64,000 bases of DNA. Source: a virus. How positions within the stretch are numbered: position 1 is the stretch's first letter; every line of letters begins with the position of its first letter. The stretch spans positions 1 through 64,000 of the IMG/VR virus record IMGVR_UViG_3300045391_000822, one strand, 5' to 3'. Positions 1 through 8,983 of the stretch are shown here, piece after piece. The position numbers and the translations under genes were made by a program. The notes beneath the pieces were generated by a model that worked only from the letters and a program-made list of their open reading frames with translations, searched no databases and was not told the DNA's origin.

Positions 1-300
1 TTCATCAGGTGTCGGTTGTACCTTTTGAAGGTGACGAATGAAAGCCCTAGTTTTACTTGCCATGGTAGTGTTTGAAGCTCTTGCCCGACCGTTGGGTTTG
101 AGTACGGCGACGGCCACTGCTGTATGGGTGGCCTGTTCGCTCTTCGTGTCGAAGCCTATGCTGGTAATGCCACTGCGTTAGCGGGTGTTGTTTTTATGCA
201 ACAGAGCATTTACATTTGTAATGGCTCGTGTTACACTGAACATACAGGGCGCATTGGGCCCCTGGGTAGTAAGTAGATCGTCTCAACGTATAGAGGCAAC

Positions 301-579
301 ATGAAACAAGAATATCCATTCCGAGATGTCCAGCGCAAACCAGTGAAGGTTGTAGACCCCTTCGCTACAGAGAAGCGTGCTGTACGCAAATCGATCGCCG
401 GCCTCAATGACTTCGACGCAATGATCGAAATCGTTCTGAGCTACGCAGCTGAGCGTAAGCGTATGTCGGACATCGGAGCACTGAATTCTGGAGAAGCCGC
501 TGCTGATATTGCGCGTGCTGGCAAGCTCCTGGACAAAATGATTTCGAGCGTGACCCCTGCGAAGTCAAACATTTTCTGA
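301..579 (+). CDS. hypothetical protein
   Basis: ORF with GAGG RBS; followed by hairpin. Confidence 0.7.
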   Translation: MKQEYPFRDVQRKPVKVVDPFATEKRAVRKSIAGLNDFDAMIEIVLSYAAERKRMSDIGALNSGEAAADIARAGKLLDKMISSVTPAKSNIF

Positions 580-584
580 TAACC

Positions 585-605
585 GGGGCCCTTGGAGGGC
601 CCTTT
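585..605 (+). terminator. putative intrinsic terminator
   Basis: ggggccct-tgg-agggccct hairpin with short T run after stop codon. Confidence 0.45.
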
Positions 606-635
606 GCATTTGCCCAACGTATAGGGAGAAACATC

Positions 636-1127
636 ATGTACATCAAGCTCCGCAACACGGACAGCGATGAGAATATCACTGGCACGGTTCGCATGGCTAA
701 GAGCGTGTGGCAAGCATTGCGCAATTACATGCACGTCCCGTCGGATGAATCGCGTGACGTGATTCAGTTTCCTTACGGCACCCGGTTGGTGAAGCAAGGT
801 TACGGCTGGTATCGGCTCATCAACTACCGTGCTACGCAAGGTGTGCGCAAGATGAAGCAGGCCGCCCGTATCATTCGTCGATTCTTCGACGAGCAGCGTA
901 AAGATATCACTGCTGAAATCAAACGCTTGATGCGGCAGGCGACAGACGCGCAGCTCCGTGTTGTGGCCTACAGCTCACCGGTCGCTAATCTCGGCGGCGA
1001 TAACTTTGTCCTGGTGAAGCATGTGGAGAACAAATATTCTCCAACACCTAACCTGCCACAGCCACCTTCAAGTCATCAGATAGAAAACTTGTTGAGCCGC
1101 TTCGGCTCCAAGGAGCAACGACGATGA
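636..1127 (+). CDS. hypothetical protein
   Basis: ORF with GGGAG RBS. Confidence 0.75.
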   Translation: MYIKLRNTDSDENITGTVRMAKSVWQALRNYMHVPSDESRDVIQFPYGTRLVKQGYGWYRLINYRATQGVRKMKQAARIIRRFFDEQRKDITAEIKRLMRQATDAQLRVVAYSSPVANLGGDNFVLVKHVENKYSPTPNLPQPPSSHQIENLLSRFGSKEQRR

Positions 1128-1299
1128 TTGCTAAGGTGTTGCTAGTTATATCGGTTGTCTTCATGACTGCCGCGGTGATGTTCGCCCAGTTTGGTGTTTG
1201 TAGCCCCAAACGTCGGCAGCGCATCAGCAATTGCTGTAATTGGATGGCGGTGATTTTCATGGCCATATTTGTAGTGTTCATTCTGAACAAAGGGTTGGC

Positions 1300-1470
1300 A
1301 TGACGCTGTTCGACTATGTTGATAACAATCCCCTCATGGCCACGATCTTCTTGTTGGTCATCGCCTACATAGGCAAGATCTGGATCGACGCATGGCGCGA
1401 CGGTGGCCATGACTACAGTGAAGATGATGAAGACGAAGACGAACCTGTCCGAAGGAAACGCAATGATTGA
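1300..1470 (+). CDS. small membrane protein with acidic tail
   Basis: one hydrophobic segment then EDDEDED; overlaps next start. Confidence 0.55.
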   Translation: MTLFDYVDNNPLMATIFLLVIAYIGKIWIDAWRDGGHDYSEDDEDEDEPVRRKRND

Positions 1471-2008
1471 ACGCATTCAACTACCTAATAAGGTGGAACG
1501 TCTGTCCCTGATCACCGATTGGGTAGATAACTTTGTGCACCTGGTGGAAGAATTAACGCCGCACTCGTCTCGCCAACCCGTGGAAGCTGTGGTTCCCAGC
1601 AACCATATGTTGATACTGGATATGGTACCAGCTTCGGATTCCGATCTACAGGACCTAGGTTTCCTAGGCGCAGTCATCTACAAAAGGGCAGCCTATCTGG
1701 AGTTGCCGCTCACCGTAGCAGCGTTACTTGCGTTGACATATCTTTCGGAGCGTCCTGGAGACGCCGTGATGTATCTCACGGTGTTGAAACACCTTTTTGT
1801 AGCCGAGCAGATAGAAGGGATGCCAGTCAGATTGACCTACGCCATGGTTAAACGGACATTCCCGGTACCTCCTTCGCGTCCATTTCTGGATCGTCGGTGG
1901 GATGGCCAGAAATGGCATGGAGTAAATCTCGTGGATCTCATGGGTCCTCATGATTTTCTTCTGACTGCGGAAGAAGCAGTGTCTTTGGCCGATAAGGAGG
2001 ATCACTAA
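1463..2008 (+). CDS. hypothetical protein
   Basis: AAGGA RBS before ATG 1463; stop overlaps next start. Confidence 0.7.
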   Translation: MIERIQLPNKVERLSLITDWVDNFVHLVEELTPHSSRQPVEAVVPSNHMLILDMVPASDSDLQDLGFLGAVIYKRAAYLELPLTVAALLALTYLSERPGDAVMYLTVLKHLFVAEQIEGMPVRLTYAMVKRTFPVPPSRPFLDRRWDGQKWHGVNLVDLMGPHDFLLTAEEAVSLADKEDH

Positions 2009-3192
2009 TGGTACGGAAGTCGACAACCGGTCGCAAGATCATCATCTGGAACGAACACGAAACCACAAGCGTGGTAGTTAGCGCGTACAAGTTATCTAAA
2101 TACGCGAACTACACTATGGTGTATTTGTTCCAGCAGGCCCAATCAAGGGCACTGCCGGTACACAGGCAGCGGAAGTTTGCGGCACCTATCACCATAGGTG
2201 ACTACGCAAACGATCTATGGAAGGAGATCAATAGCTGGACGACGACGAAGGCAGACGCCTATGCCATGGCGTGGGAAGCCGGGCAAATAAAAGCTTCAAT
2301 GGAGGCCCGACCCCGTGGTATGCACGCCCGGAATACAGGCAAGACTTCGCTGCCCAAAGAAGGCTGGGACTGGAAGCCGCCGGAAGACGTAGCTAGTGAG
2401 GTAGACCACGAACAGCTGAGGCAACAAGCTTTGGCTGAATTGGCCAAGGAAAAAGAGGCTCCGGCTACACCAGCAACCCCTGGGTCCGACCAGATAACGG
2501 GCCTACCGTTGAATGAAGTTCAGCCAGAAGGCGTGACCGCACCACTACCAGTAGTGGAAGTGAAAGCGCGCGGAACATTTGTCACTGCATTGCGTGATTA
2601 CATGCAGACAATGATCCAAATTCATATGGACACGGTTATTCGTGAAGTTACTCAAGATCTGTCCGATAAGATGATCAAGCCCTTACTGAGGCCCCTTGTG
2701 CAGCAAGCGGTGCAGGACGAAATCATTCCATTGGTCGCTGAAACAGTGAACTCCGGTCTGAACAATGCCCTGGACGACCTCTCCAAGCAACTGCGTACAG
2801 AGCTTGACGCCTTAACCGGCCCAGGACAGCCGCAGGCAAATTCTCCTGTGCAAGCAGATGAGGAAGTGGAACTTCCGATGGAAAAACGACGTGCGCAACA
2901 TCACGTCGTGATATTTGGATTACAGCCTGATGAGTTTATGCGGGTAATCCAGGTGGTGGCGCCGCTTTCTCAGTTCGGCCTAGAAGTGCATCATGCGCGA
3001 GAAAAGCGTGACGTCCATCACCTACTGCGTGATGACACGAAGTTGATTCACATGATCAAGATGAGTGCTCATCTGGATTCAGCCATCAAGGAAAAGGTAG
3101 GCTACGTCTATCCTGTGGATGGTGGTGTCAGTGAAGCCCGGAAAGTTATTCTGGATATTGCGCGAGGAACCAATCGGGTAGCCAGATATTGA
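2008..3192 (+). CDS. hypothetical protein
   Basis: 394-aa ORF, AAGGAGG RBS. Confidence 0.8.
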   Translation: MVRKSTTGRKIIIWNEHETTSVVVSAYKLSKYANYTMVYLFQQAQSRALPVHRQRKFAAPITIGDYANDLWKEINSWTTTKADAYAMAWEAGQIKASMEARPRGMHARNTGKTSLPKEGWDWKPPEDVASEVDHEQLRQQALAELAKEKEAPATPATPGSDQITGLPLNEVQPEGVTAPLPVVEVKARGTFVTALRDYMQTMIQIHMDTVIREVTQDLSDKMIKPLLRPLVQQAVQDEIIPLVAETVNSGLNNALDDLSKQLRTELDALTGPGQPQANSPVQADEEVELPMEKRRAQHHVVIFGLQPDEFMRVIQVVAPLSQFGLEVHHAREKRDVHHLLRDDTKLIHMIKMSAHLDSAIKEKVGYVYPVDGGVSEARKVILDIARGTNRVARY

Positions 3193-3379
3193 AAAGGAGC
3201 ATGGTATGCGTACCGTAAATAAGAGGAGTACACTTCGTCCTCCCGGGAATCTCGGTGAGCTAGGTGCTTCGAACAATAAAGTTCGTCCTGCGAGGGCCAG
3301 ATTCCTCTCAGGCGACAAAGTTTTCTGGATTGCCATCGCAATTACGGCGATGGGGCTCTTAATCATGAATTGGTGATAT

Positions 3380-3661
3380 ATGTCGCAAGCTTCTCTTCGC
3401 GTTCCTGTGGAGGGCTATTTGGTCCCCTTTCTGCAGGATCGTATTTTCGATCAACACGGGACTCCGTCGTGTCGTGTAGTCTTCAACGAGGACGAAGACA
3501 CATGGACGATGCTCCCGTTAGAGGAACGTCGTAAGGCAGGGGTAGCATCATTGATGTGCTTCTTAAGCGCAGCACCGCAGGTGAATGCGACCACTCATAT
3601 CCGCATCACGTCTATCGGTAAACATGGCAGGCATTGCTACGGTGAACCATGGGTAATGTGA
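3380..3661 (+). CDS. hypothetical protein
   Basis: ORF in operon, GGTGA RBS. Confidence 0.6.
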   Translation: MSQASLRVPVEGYLVPFLQDRIFDQHGTPSCRVVFNEDEDTWTMLPLEERRKAGVASLMCFLSAAPQVNATTHIRITSIGKHGRHCYGEPWVM

Positions 3662-4383
3662 GTAGTTGGGCTACTCCGCTAAGCCTAGCGAAGTTGTTCG
3701 AGTATGAACTGGCGAAAAAGACAGCGTTGGCAGCGCGAGAGCGTCATACTGCACGTATTGACGTGTGCAACAACATCGTCAAAAAACTAGAACAGAATTT
3801 TCCTGCGCTTGTTGATGATCTTAACCGGTTAGAGTTGGCTATACGTAACCATACCAGCGGTGAACCAGACACGGAAGGGAGGGACTGGAAACCAGGACTG
3901 AACGTAAATAAGCTAGGTACAGAACGCCTTAATGCTGCTCATTGGTTGCAGGTGAAGAAATTCTTCAAAAATCTAGCTCGAATCTACCACCCAGACGTAG
4001 GTGGTGACACCAGCGAATTTGCTGCGATTGAAGAAGCACGCAGACACGGCGATCTGGATTATCTACGTATCAAGTTCGTTACTACTCACCAGCAATCTAG
4101 CTTGTATTGGAGGCAGGATGAAGGTGTCGTGTTCTGGTATACGCAGAAAAAGAAAGCAGACGTCAATTTGACACGCTTGCAAGGCACTTCTTTGTATAAG
4201 GTAGTGCAGGCACATATGGTCGGTAACCTGCCGTTGGCGTTGAAGCTGATGGAAACCGAACTACTTCAACGTCGGTTCGAACTCATTCAAGAACTGAATT
4301 ACATACTCAAACCAAAACCCTCCCGCGGAGAATACGATGGCGAAAGAAGAGAAGTTGAAGAAGAAAAAGAAAACATCGGCTGA
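3649..4383 (+). CDS. J-domain (DnaJ-like) containing protein
   Basis: VKKFFKNLARIYHPDVGGDTSEFAAIEEA matches J-domain helix II-HPD-helix III. Confidence 0.65.
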   Translation: MGNVSSWATPLSLAKLFEYELAKKTALAARERHTARIDVCNNIVKKLEQNFPALVDDLNRLELAIRNHTSGEPDTEGRDWKPGLNVNKLGTERLNAAHWLQVKKFFKNLARIYHPDVGGDTSEFAAIEEARRHGDLDYLRIKFVTTHQQSSLYWRQDEGVVFWYTQKKKADVNLTRLQGTSLYKVVQAHMVGNLPLALKLMETELLQRRFELIQELNYILKPKPSRGEYDGERREVEEEKENIG

Positions 4384-5107
4384 TGAAGGTGGCAAGGCCA
4401 CGATGAAGAAGAAAAAGACCAAGCTGTCCAAGGACGATGCGAAGAAGCTGAAATCAGACGCCAAGGTTGCAAAGACTGGCAAGGAAGATAAAGGTAGTAA
4501 AGACGGTAAGAAGAAGCCGTTTGGCGGGAAGGGCTTCCCGAAGAAAGGTAGCGGCAGCAGCAAGCCGAAAAAGAAGACCAAGATTCCGGCTTGGAAGGCG
4601 CCCGAAGACTTCAAGACCGGCTTCGTTGTCGAGTGGACCTTCGAAACCGAGAAGGATGGCATGCCTGGTGCCAAGATTCGTGCAATCCGTTTCAAGGGCA
4701 AGTACGACCCCAAGGCAGACGACAAGAAGAAGTTCGACATGATGTCTTACGACGTCAAGACCGTTCTGGGCATCCAGGCGCGTATGTCGTTGACGCAGTT
4801 CCATGCAACTGGCCGCGTCACCAGCAAGGGTGTGCGTACTCGTCTGGAGCCGAACAAGATCTACCGTGCATTGATTCGTGTTGGCAAGAAGAAGGCCGAC
4901 GATACGTTGACGGCCCGGGTTACTACCGTGCTGAAGGCCGTTGAAAAGAACGGCAAGATGAAGATGGTAGAACTGGATAAGAAGGATCCGGACTACCGCA
5001 AGATTCGAAAAGCAAACCGTTACCTGCCGGCGGCATTCCGTCATGTAGCGGCGCTGCCGGAGCGTAGTCGCCGCAAGCGTGAAAACGCCAACGACGAAGA
5101 AGAGTAA
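4337..5107 (+). CDS. Lys-rich basic protein, putative DNA-binding
   Basis: highly Lys-rich N-terminal third, folded-looking C-terminal part, GGAG RBS. Confidence 0.75.
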   Translation: MAKEEKLKKKKKTSADEGGKATMKKKKTKLSKDDAKKLKSDAKVAKTGKEDKGSKDGKKKPFGGKGFPKKGSGSSKPKKKTKIPAWKAPEDFKTGFVVEWTFETEKDGMPGAKIRAIRFKGKYDPKADDKKKFDMMSYDVKTVLGIQARMSLTQFHATGRVTSKGVRTRLEPNKIYRALIRVGKKKADDTLTARVTTVLKAVEKNGKMKMVELDKKDPDYRKIRKANRYLPAAFRHVAALPERSRRKRENANDEEE

Positions 5108-5115
5108 CCCACACA

Positions 5116-5138
5116 GGGCGGCCAAAAGAGCCGCCCTA
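5116..5138 (+). terminator. putative terminator hairpin
   Basis: agggcggc-caaaaga-gccgccct followed by agttattt. Confidence 0.55.
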
Positions 5139-5165
5139 GTTATTTCTGCAATGGAGAACTAGTTC

Positions 5166-5429
5166 ATGTATTTGAACTTGGAAAACGTACATCCAGATTT
5201 GCAAGAACACGTCCAGGCCATCCATGATGCAGTTGCTGCTATCATCGGTGCCGATACACTGCCGATAGACGTTCGACACATTGCGCTAGGCGAGGGAGAA
5301 AACCTCTTCGACGAGGCGTTCGAAACCTTGCAGGAAAAGCGTGACGACGCGGAGTCAGACGAAGATCTTGACGATCTTGAGTCTGAAGATTCAGATCTTG
5401 AAGGTGACGACGAGGACTTTGACGAATGA
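5166..5429 (+). CDS. acidic hypothetical protein
   Basis: ORF with D/E-rich tail, GGAG RBS. Confidence 0.7.
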   Translation: MYLNLENVHPDLQEHVQAIHDAVAAIIGADTLPIDVRHIALGEGENLFDEAFETLQEKRDDAESDEDLDDLESEDSDLEGDDEDFDE

Positions 5430-5761
5430 GCACCTACCTTGTGCTGCTGGCATCTGGTATGACATTGATCAGTCGTGGTCATGTTGTCACCGGTGACGCA
5501 GGCGATAACGTTCTTCAGTTGACCGAACCCTACATGCTCCAGTTTATGGAACATCCCCGACAACCTGGAATGATGGTACCGCAGGTAATGCCGTATTCCT
5601 TGATTCCAGGAATTACAACTCCTCGCAAGGAGTTGAATCTTCGTCCTGGTCAATACGTTGACTACGAAGAAGCTGAAGAAAAGATGTCAGCAATTTACAC
5701 CAAGGCTACCACGGGATTGGAGATTGCAGCGCGTTCTCCAATCCAACTGGCAAAACGCTGA
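5426..5761 (+). CDS. hypothetical protein, possible Sm-like fold
   Basis: pattern LVLLASGMTLIS...LQLTEP...MPY...IYTKATTG resembles phage Sm-like proteins. Confidence 0.45.
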   Translation: MSTYLVLLASGMTLISRGHVVTGDAGDNVLQLTEPYMLQFMEHPRQPGMMVPQVMPYSLIPGITTPRKELNLRPGQYVDYEEAEEKMSAIYTKATTGLEIAARSPIQLAKR

Positions 5762-5861
5762 TTGTTCTGTTCTGTAAATATTATGTGTGCGCCGCAGGTA
5801 GCCTACCACCTGCACACTCTGGCTAGAGTTTATCAAATCAATCTCGAGAGGCATTACCAAA

Positions 5862-6698
5862 ATGGCGAAAGCAACGAAGACCAAGAAAGCAGGCAAGGGC
5901 AAGGACGTGAAGAAGGTCGTCAAAAAGGCGAAGACCGTTCCTGCTAAGTCGGCGAAGGCAACCAAGGTTGTGAAGAAGGCCGCTAAGGCGAGTAAGCCTG
6001 TGAAGTCTTCCAAGGCCCCGAAGTCTTCCAAGAAGACTACCAAGGCGGCAGCTCCGAAGTTCGCTTCGACCCCCAACGGTACGTTGTACATGCGAACCAT
6101 TGTCGCCACCACAGGCGAGAAGGTTGTGTCCAACGCAGTTGCTTATGAAATCGACGGCGTGTCGATTCCGAAGTCCCACGTCAAGGTTGTCATCGGTAAG
6201 ATCGTGTACCATGAGGTTCTGATTCCGATTGGTGAGATCAAGGAAATCAAGGACGTTAAGGGCATCACCGTGTACGTTACCGAAGCAGGACCCGTGGTCG
6301 TGCGTGACGAACAGTTCGTGTTCATCGTGAACGGCGGAAACCAACCGGTCCTGGAGTCGGAAGAATCTGACGAGGAAGAAGACGAGGATGACTCGGACGA
6401 TTCCGATGAAGAGGAAGACGAGGATGATGAATCTGAAGAAGATGAAGACGAAGTTGAAGTCGACGAGGATGACGAATCCGACGAAGACGAAGATGACGAC
6501 GATTCCGATGAAGAGGAAGACGAGGACGAAGACTCGGATGACGATGATGACGAAGTCTCCGTAGAAGATGAAGATGAGGAAGACGAAGATTCGGATGAAG
6601 ACGAGGACGATGAGTCTGACGAAGATTCCGATGATGACGAAGAAGATGAGGACGAGGAAGAAGACGATGATGACGGCGACGAGAAGCTGGACGTCTAA
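5862..6698 (+). CDS. histone H1-like basic N-terminus / very acidic C-terminus protein
   Basis: KA-rich first ~67 aa, beta-rich core, ~115-aa D/E tract. Confidence 0.8.
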   Translation: MAKATKTKKAGKGKDVKKVVKKAKTVPAKSAKATKVVKKAAKASKPVKSSKAPKSSKKTTKAAAPKFASTPNGTLYMRTIVATTGEKVVSNAVAYEIDGVSIPKSHVKVVIGKIVYHEVLIPIGEIKEIKDVKGITVYVTEAGPVVVRDEQFVFIVNGGNQPVLESEESDEEEDEDDSDDSDEEEDEDDESEEDEDEVEVDEDDESDEDEDDDDSDEEEDEDEDSDDDDDEVSVEDEDEEDEDSDEDEDDESDEDSDDDEEDEDEEEDDDDGDEKLDV

Positions 6699-6761
6699 GT
6701 CGTGAATGTGGTGTGGTCGGATTTATTTCTGACCACACCAATTCCTACATCTGGAGTCCTT

Positions 6762-7067
6762 ATGACCAACGCAGATACCGAAGAGCTAGATCACCTGGAG
6801 GTATACTCGCGTAAGTGTTTGCGGTGCAGTCACTTGGTCGAAGGTGCCAAGAACACCTATGAAGAATGCCACTATCTTCAAGGCAATGAAGATTGTCCGG
6901 CATCTGAGGTACGTGTAGTAGTGACAGGTAGAGCAGCCCGTGCCGCTCGCCTTATCATGAAGGCACGTGAAGATCGCGATCCTGCCAAAGAAGCAAGGAT
7001 CCTACAGTCGATGGCAAACGAATCACCGGCTGTCCTGCATCAGCTATATGCTCGATTGAGTAGCTAA
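6762..7067 (+). CDS. hypothetical protein with Cys cluster
   Basis: CLRCSH...CH...CP; GGAG RBS. Confidence 0.65.
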   Translation: MTNADTEELDHLEVYSRKCLRCSHLVEGAKNTYEECHYLQGNEDCPASEVRVVVTGRAARAARLIMKAREDRDPAKEARILQSMANESPAVLHQLYARLSS

Positions 7068-7083
7068 TCCTTCCGGAGTCCAC

Positions 7084-7938
7084 GTGGAACAAACCACACC
7101 CGTAATCAGACTGGTAAAACACAAACAGTGGTACATACCAGCCGACGCTCAGGATTATCAGATTTTGGTAAACCTCGGTATACCGTCGACTCGAATCCAT
7201 GAAGATCAACGCGAGATAGTTAAGCATGTTGCCGAGCGTAAAGGTTATACGTTGCGTGGCAAACACTTTGAAACGGTGCTTGAAGAGTTCACCGAAGATC
7301 TTTACAAACGCTGGATGCGGTTCCCACACCGCAATGTAAAATTCAAGAAATCATCAATGATATTTTCAACCACTGACGCCGCCGCATTCAAACGGGCGCG
7401 GGACAAGTCGGTGCCTCTGCTTACTACAAAGCTCCAGGAGTTTTTCCAGCGATGGGGATTCGTGGGGGATTTCAAGTACAGCGAAAATCACGACAAGGTA
7501 CGCCTTGTCGTTGACTACAACTTCAGCTCATTCCGCAAGCCGGTGATAACGCTGAAGGAGAATCCTAAGGAGGTAACGAAGTCCGTTATCAACTTAGGCG
7601 GCAACCGATTGATCTTCTGGCGTGAAGATAAGCACCTGCACTGGGAAATCGAAACCAAGGCAGCGAACGAATGGCGCCCGCGTGTTAAAGGAAGTTGTCT
7701 TCATAGTGAGATGTCGGATCCAACTGATTCGATTATCCTGCTCATGCGCAGTTTGGATGAGACGGATTTGTCTCCGGACAAGTCCTTCGATAAGCAGATT
7801 GCAGCAGCATTTGCTGAACGAGATGCGGCCGTCGCCGAGAAGCTTCGTCTTCAAGAAGACCTTGCAAAAGCAAAGGAACGCATCGAGAGGTTGCGTAAAC
7901 CTAACGAAACTACCAACCATCCAGGGACGGATGTATGA
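7084..7938 (+). CDS. hypothetical protein
   Basis: 284-aa ORF, GGAG RBS, C-terminal coiled coil. Confidence 0.75.
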   Translation: MEQTTPVIRLVKHKQWYIPADAQDYQILVNLGIPSTRIHEDQREIVKHVAERKGYTLRGKHFETVLEEFTEDLYKRWMRFPHRNVKFKKSSMIFSTTDAAAFKRARDKSVPLLTTKLQEFFQRWGFVGDFKYSENHDKVRLVVDYNFSSFRKPVITLKENPKEVTKSVINLGGNRLIFWREDKHLHWEIETKAANEWRPRVKGSCLHSEMSDPTDSIILLMRSLDETDLSPDKSFDKQIAAAFAERDAAVAEKLRLQEDLAKAKERIERLRKPNETTNHPGTDV

Positions 7939-8107
7939 TTTTAATCAACCAGAAAGGCCATACGATTTCTGTGGACAACAACGATCCGGAGACCGTGTCC
8001 ATGACGGATACGGAGGCTAAGGAGATCAGGGATCTCACCGGAAAGCAATTACGAGAGCTTTCAACAGAAACGTTGCGCAGTAATCTGCGGTTCATTAACG
8101 TGGGTTG

Positions 8108-8350
8108 ATGATGGAAAAAGAACAGAAGAAGCCACGACCTCCCAAGAAGTTTGGGGGCTTCACCTTGGAAGAAATCGATGCCTTTGTTAAGGCAAGCGAA
8201 GAACAAGGCGAGAGTTTCGACTGGGTGGCGGGAGGCGATCTAGCGCACGGGTGTAATGTTGTCCGTGAGCTGGTAGTAGAACTGCGTGCCATGTCTCAGC
8301 GTCTTGCACAGGCGTCCAAAACTATCCGCAATTTGAAAGACGCCTACTAG
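8108..8350 (+). CDS. hypothetical protein
   Basis: ORF in operon. Confidence 0.55.
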   Translation: MMEKEQKKPRPPKKFGGFTLEEIDAFVKASEEQGESFDWVAGGDLAHGCNVVRELVVELRAMSQRLAQASKTIRNLKDAY

Positions 8351-8355
8351 TGCTA

Positions 8356-8431
8356 CGCCCTGTAGCTCAGCGGTTAGAGCTGCGGCCTCATAAGCCGTAG
8401 GTCGCGGGTTCGAATCCCGCCGGGGCGACCA
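8356..8431 (+). tRNA. tRNA with CAT anticodon, probably tRNA-Ile2
   Basis: full cloverleaf, loop CTCATAA, encoded CCA; anticodon stem/variable region (gcggc..gccgt aggtcg) identical to tRNA-Ile(GAT) at 46238, C4-G69. Confidence 0.85.
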
Positions 8432-8443
8432 ACCTTAAGGAAG

Positions 8444-8983
8444 ATGATGGAAAAGCAGGACGCGATTGGCTTCATTGGAGCAACCCGAATCACAGGATTT
8501 ATTCCTGGTACTACTCAAGGCGCAACTGATCAATTCGATCAGCTTTTTGGAGCCGAGTTCGACGTCCCGTCGTGGGGATCCACTTCGTGTGTGACGAAGC
8601 ACGCTACCGTAAAGAAGCTTCCTGCAGTAGCAGAAGTCATTGCGTTGGAAATTGGTGGTAGCAAAATCAAGTGTGGTGGCGATCAGATGTTCGCCATTGT
8701 TAATTATCGGTCCTACGATGTCAGTGAAGGCCGTGTGTTCCTGGAAGGTCATTCCAATCTCGCTTTCAAGCGTGCGCGTGATCTACGCAGTGGGGATATG
8801 ATTTTCAGCCCCGGTGCTAAGGAACGTGACAAGATTTCAGGGCTGACGTTCTGCCGTATCAGTAAACACCGCATTCAGCAGTTGAAAGATCCGGTAGATA
8901 TGTTCACACTGTCGGTACAAAGGGGATCAACGTTCCTCTTGCCTGGCAACATCATAACAGCCTCGTGGAAGCAACATGACTGA
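8444..8983 (+). CDS. stand-alone degenerate Hint (intein-like) domain protein
   Basis: blocks resembling intein A (GFIGATRI), B (IKCGGDQMF), N4 (FKRARDLRSGDMI), F/G (VDMFTLSVQRGSTFLLPGNIITAS), but catalytic residues absent. Confidence 0.6.
   Translation: MMEKQDAIGFIGATRITGFIPGTTQGATDQFDQLFGAEFDVPSWGSTSCVTKHATVKKLPAVAEVIALEIGGSKIKCGGDQMFAIVNYRSYDVSEGRVFLEGHSNLAFKRARDLRSGDMIFSPGAKERDKISGLTFCRISKHRIQQLKDPVDMFTLSVQRGSTFLLPGNIITASWKQHD

Noticed and set aside
6358-6680. Tandem DNA repeat
   Set aside because: GAY/GAR codon run encoding an acidic tract; no fixed repeat unit.
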